From an uncultured Bacteroidales bacterium (lineage in GTDB: Bacteria > Bacteroidota > Bacteroidia > Bacteroidales > F082), in NCBI GenBank assembly GCA_947303335.1, contig CAMYYB010000004.1, positions 11,618-75,617 on the forward strand: a stretch of DNA of 64,000 nt. The letters run 5' to 3'. The position numbers were made by a program, and so were the translations under genes. The number at the start of each line of letters is the position of its first letter. Position 1 is the first letter of the stretch. Below are positions 60,570 to 64,000 of this stretch, piece by piece. Below the pieces are notes generated by a model, which searched no databases, was not told the origin of the DNA, and saw nothing but the letters and a program-made list of their open reading frames with translations.

Positions 60570-62531
60570 TTACTTTGCAATAACAATGCCCAACTCCTTG
60601 TTGAGCTGCATGCGAATGTCGTCAAGGTCTTTCTTGCGTTTGAGCAGAATGATTTGGTCTTCTAAATTCTCTGTAGTTTTCAATTCCTCTTCAATAGCTT
60701 TGCGCCGTTCCGCAATAATGAGGTCTTTATAGCGGTAAATCGACGATAACACCGTGGCTCTTAACACATCCTCCTCCTGTTTGACGAAGATGCCGTATTT
60801 CTCCCATTGGTCGAGTTTATATTGCGATGAAAGTAGGTCGGCAGCCAATTGGGCAATGGTTTCATCCTCATGCGAAACAAAATACTGGTCATCAGGGATG
60901 CGCCCTTCGTCAATAGCTTGATCGAAAATGTCGAATACCTTACGATGGACAGCGTTAACGAATAGGAATCCGTCCATCTTCAGGTCGTCGATAATCATTT
61001 GGGCTACCGACACCTGCTCATAAACCTTCTGTCCGTCTTCATTGATTCGCTCATCGGTAATCATTTTGTTGCCATACATCAGCAAGAGCTTCACCAGTTC
61101 GCGCTCTTGATAGTAGCCCGCGGGCAGTTGGTCCTCAAGGGTTTCGTCTGGCTGTTGCGGAGTGACGACTGTAGTGGTTTGGGTATCAGGCAGCGACTCG
61201 CCTTCGGGTCCCAACGATTTCTTGAACTTGGCTCGCAGCAGTTTGTTCAGCTCGTTGGTGAGGGTTTGCTCCGGCATATCCAAAAGGCGGCTGCATTCCT
61301 TCACGTAGGTGATGCGGAAGATGCTATCAGGAACCACAGAAATAGTCTCCACAATGTCGCGGACGACTTCTCCGCGTTTGATGGGGTCGTTCTCAGCATC
61401 TTTCAGCAGCAGTTCCGTTTTGAAACGCACAAAGTCTTTGGCGTTATCCTTCAGATAGTTGGTGACATATTCCACCGAGTGGTCTTTGCCGAAAGTGTCA
61501 GGGTCGTGTTCGGGAGGCAGCACCACTACCCGGACATTCATACCTTCCGACAGAATCATATCGGTGCCGCGCAACGCCGCATGGATACCTGCCGAGTCGC
61601 CATCATAGAGCATCGTGATGTTCTTTGTGTAGCGCTTCACAAGGCGAATCTGCTCCATCGTTAGCGAGGTACCGCTGCTGGCTACCACGTTCTCAATGCC
61701 AATCTGGTGCATTCGCAGCACGTCGAAGTAGCCTTCCACAAGGATGCATTCGTTCTGCTTGGAGATGGCACTTTTGGCGAAGTAGATGCCGTAGAGCGTG
61801 TTCTTCTTGTCGTAAATCTCCGACTCGGGCGAGTTTTGATATTTCGGGCTTTTCTTGTCGTTGGTGAGGATACGTCCTCCGAAACCAATCACCTTGCCTG
61901 TGAGGTTATGGATGGGGAACATCACCCTTCCATGATAGCGGTCATACAGGCCTTTGTTGCCTTTCAACGACAGCCCTATCTGCTCCAATAGCTCTTCGGA
62001 ATAGCCGTTACTCTTGGCGTATTGGGTGAAAGCATCCCTTTTTTCAGGACAATAGCCCAAATGGAACTTCTCGATGATGGGGTCGAAATAGCCGCGTTCG
62101 CGAAAGTATTTCAGTCCTATGGTCTTCCCCTCTTCGGTGTTCCACAGCGTATCAACGAAATATTTGTCGGCAAATTCGTTGATGTTGAACATCTTCTCGC
62201 GGACACTCTGCAGCATGAGCTCCTCAGCGGTCTGTTCCCTCTCCTCGATTTTGATGTTGTATTTCTTGGCGAGATAGTGCAGTGCCTCGGGATAGGTGTA
62301 ATGCTCGTGTTCCATAAGGAACTTGGCTGAGTCGCCTGCTTTTCCGCAACCGAAGCACTTGAAGATGTTTCGTGCCGGATTGACGCTAAATGATGGCGTC
62401 TTCTCATTGTGGAAAGGACAGTTTCCCCACATGTTCGACCCGCGTTTCTTCAGCGTGACGAACTCGCCTACCACTTCCTCGATGTGGGCGGCTTGCAGGA
62501 TTTGCTCTACTGTCTCCTTCGGTATCGCCAT
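60570..62531 (-). CDS. dnaG: DNA primase
   Basis: CHC2 zinc finger CPFHNEKTPSFSVNPARNIFKCFGCGKAGD and a Toprim block LVEGYFDV...DGDSAG. Confidence 0.95.
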   Translation of the reverse strand: MAIPKETVEQILQAAHIEEVVGEFVTLKKRGSNMWGNCPFHNEKTPSFSVNPARNIFKCFGCGKAGDSAKFLMEHEHYTYPEALHYLAKKYNIKIEEREQTAEELMLQSVREKMFNINEFADKYFVDTLWNTEEGKTIGLKYFRERGYFDPIIEKFHLGYCPEKRDAFTQYAKSNGYSEELLEQIGLSLKGNKGLYDRYHGRVMFPIHNLTGKVIGFGGRILTNDKKSPKYQNSPESEIYDKKNTLYGIYFAKSAISKQNECILVEGYFDVLRMHQIGIENVVASSGTSLTMEQIRLVKRYTKNITMLYDGDSAGIHAALRGTDMILSEGMNVRVVVLPPEHDPDTFGKDHSVEYVTNYLKDNAKDFVRFKTELLLKDAENDPIKRGEVVRDIVETISVVPDSIFRITYVKECSRLLDMPEQTLTNELNKLLRAKFKKSLGPEGESLPDTQTTTVVTPQQPDETLEDQLPAGYYQERELVKLLLMYGNKMITDERINEDGQKVYEQVSVAQMIIDDLKMDGFLFVNAVHRKVFDIFDQAIDEGRIPDDQYFVSHEDETIAQLAADLLSSQYKLDQWEKYGIFVKQEEDVLRATVLSSIYRYKDLIIAERRKAIEEELKTTENLEDQIILLKRKKDLDDIRMQLNKELGIVIAK

Positions 62532-62549
62532 AATAGCCTCTAACTACGC

Positions 62550-63677
62550 TTACTCCTTCACCTCATAGAATAGCGGTCCGTCTGAATGGATGGGGTGACC
62601 TGCCTCATAGTATTCGAGCGGGGTCAGCACCTTGTCGAAGACATAGTACTGCACCAGCACAAGGTCTTTCCCATCGTTAATCCAGCCATAGATGCGATCG
62701 TGATCGATGGGGTCGAGGGGCTTGCCTTCTTCGTCAACGAGACCTTCAATTTCAAGGATGGTCGTGTTGGTTACGAATTTCTCGAAGGTGGTCATCTGGG
62801 TCGTTTTTCCGTCTTTGGTGGTCAGCGTGACGCGATGCAGGAAGGGCGAATGGGTGACGGAGTCGATACGTTCCTGCGGGATGAGGTTGTTGAGCAAAGC
62901 CTCAAAGCGCAGGTCGCCAAACGAGGAGAGCAGATTAATAACTTTCAGCGTGTCGAAAGCCACAGGACTGCCGTCAGCAAGTCGGGTCACCTTATATTGG
63001 TGCCGGCCTGTATTCTCCACCTTGAAGCTGGACTGAGGCTCGCGGTTGAACTCAACACTGACTGACTGTATATCCGCCAAACTGGCACTGAAGATACCGT
63101 GATCGCGCCAGTCATCCGGGAGGGCTGTAAAACGTGTGGTGATAAAACCACGGAACCCAGGAATATAGACAATATAAGCCTGCTTGGCACCCTCTCGAAT
63201 CATAAAGGTGCCGCTGCTGTCCTTGGTGGCATCGCCCACATAGAACACCTTGGTACGCTTCTCATGCGGGAAGAGCTTGATACGGTTGAACAGGTTAATG
63301 CGCGGAACGATTTGATACACTTCCACCTTGGTGCTGTTCACAGCCAGCTGCTTGACGATGTTATCGTGGCTTGCACGTGAGACAGGCATCTTGATGCGCA
63401 CCTTATACAAAGTGGTCAACAGGGCCTGAATCTGTTTCGTGTGGGCCTTATATTCGCCATTCAGCGTCCAGGTGTTGTCGGGCTGACGTTCCAGCAGCGA
63501 CTCGTTATCGCGGCGGTCTGCCAGATAGAGTTTGGTGACAGAAGCGGTGTCCCACACCTGAAATTCGGCGGCTTCGCCCCGTATGGTAGTAAGGTATCGG
63601 TTGTTCCAAACCAAAACGGCGGCAATGACGATGAGGACAGCCGTTATGATAATCGTTAGTTTATTGTTCTTCTTCAT
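62550..63677 (-). CDS. DUF4340-like membrane-anchored protein
   Basis: N-terminal TM anchor. Lies directly downstream of a GldG-like gene, as is usual for DUF4340 proteins in Bacteroidota. Confidence 0.5.
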   Translation of the reverse strand: MKKNNKLTIIITAVLIVIAAVLVWNNRYLTTIRGEAAEFQVWDTASVTKLYLADRRDNESLLERQPDNTWTLNGEYKAHTKQIQALLTTLYKVRIKMPVSRASHDNIVKQLAVNSTKVEVYQIVPRINLFNRIKLFPHEKRTKVFYVGDATKDSSGTFMIREGAKQAYIVYIPGFRGFITTRFTALPDDWRDHGIFSASLADIQSVSVEFNREPQSSFKVENTGRHQYKVTRLADGSPVAFDTLKVINLLSSFGDLRFEALLNNLIPQERIDSVTHSPFLHRVTLTTKDGKTTQMTTFEKFVTNTTILEIEGLVDEEGKPLDPIDHDRIYGWINDGKDLVLVQYYVFDKVLTPLEYYEAGHPIHSDGPLFYEVKE

Positions 63678-63689
63678 GTTGTGAAACGG

Positions 63690-64000
63690 TTATTTGCTGT
63701 ATTTCTTCTTTCTGATAAAGGCCATCACGAAACCCAAGGCGATAATCAAAGCTATGGGGACAACGGTGTTGATGATTTGCCATTTGGTGCGTTCCTTTGC
63801 AATCTTGGTGGTGTCGAGCAGTCTGATTTTCAGTTCGCGTGAGCGAATGTCAATCAAGCCCTCACCGTCCACGAGATAGCTGATGCAGTTCTCGATGAAC
63901 TCCTTGTTGGCGTAGGTGTTTTCGGTGTATTGGTCGAAGCCCAGGGGCAACGGCATCTTGCGCTTAATGTCAATCTGGTTGCGGATGATGTCGCCGTCAG
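63690..64000 (-). CDS. GldG-like ABC-transporter-associated protein, C-terminal part (5' end outside the window)
   Basis: The frame stays open to the window edge (DGDIIRNQIDIKRKMPLPLGFDQY...). C-terminal TM anchor INTVVPIALIIALGFVMAFIRKKK. Confidence 0.5.
   Translation of the reverse strand, partial: DGDIIRNQIDIKRKMPLPLGFDQYTENTYANKEFIENCISYLVDGEGLIDIRSRELKIRLLDTTKIAKERTKWQIINTVVPIALIIALGFVMAFIRKKKYSK

Overview
This looks like a Bacteroidales chromosome segment, probably Prevotellaceae. The taxonomic guess is an inference from many T9SS C-terminal sorting domains, TAnnTTTG -7 promoter boxes, a PPi-type phosphofructokinase, GH92 and KdtA. I call about 53 protein-coding genes and see no rRNA, tRNA or CRISPR array. 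Housekeeping genes (pfk, pdxA, waaA, adk, hpt, purE, malQ, deoC, rlmI, dnaG) are interrupted by two visibly AT-rich accessory insertions. The first is a type II C5-methyltransferase / PD-(D/E)XK endonuclease cassette (26355-28768), wedged 5 nt upstream of a T9SS subtilisin gene. The second is a mosaic island of about 15 kb between purE and malQ (about 32.9-48.1 kb). It carries a primase/DUF3987-like gene, an Rpn/PDDEXK nuclease, a HigB/HigA-like pair and two ghost 3' ends of type IIG methyltransferase genes. Its most interesting content is a tightly packed five-gene operon (36551-43980): NurA-like nuclease, HerA-like ATPase, GHKL ATPase, B12-fold radical SAM enzyme and an orphan protein. I cannot assign this operon to any named defence system and flag it as the candidate novel system. 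Other points are a small alarmone synthetase plus hydrolase pair (toxSAS-like), tandem T9SS paralogues, and several families of short palindromic or word-like repeats, some sitting in frame inside coding sequences. There are also iteron-like TTGACAC arrays around a perfect 36-bp AT palindrome. All calls were made by eye from motifs and the supplied ORF track; no database or HMM search was run. Start codons were adjusted where the track used TTG/GTG or overlapped a neighbouring gene.
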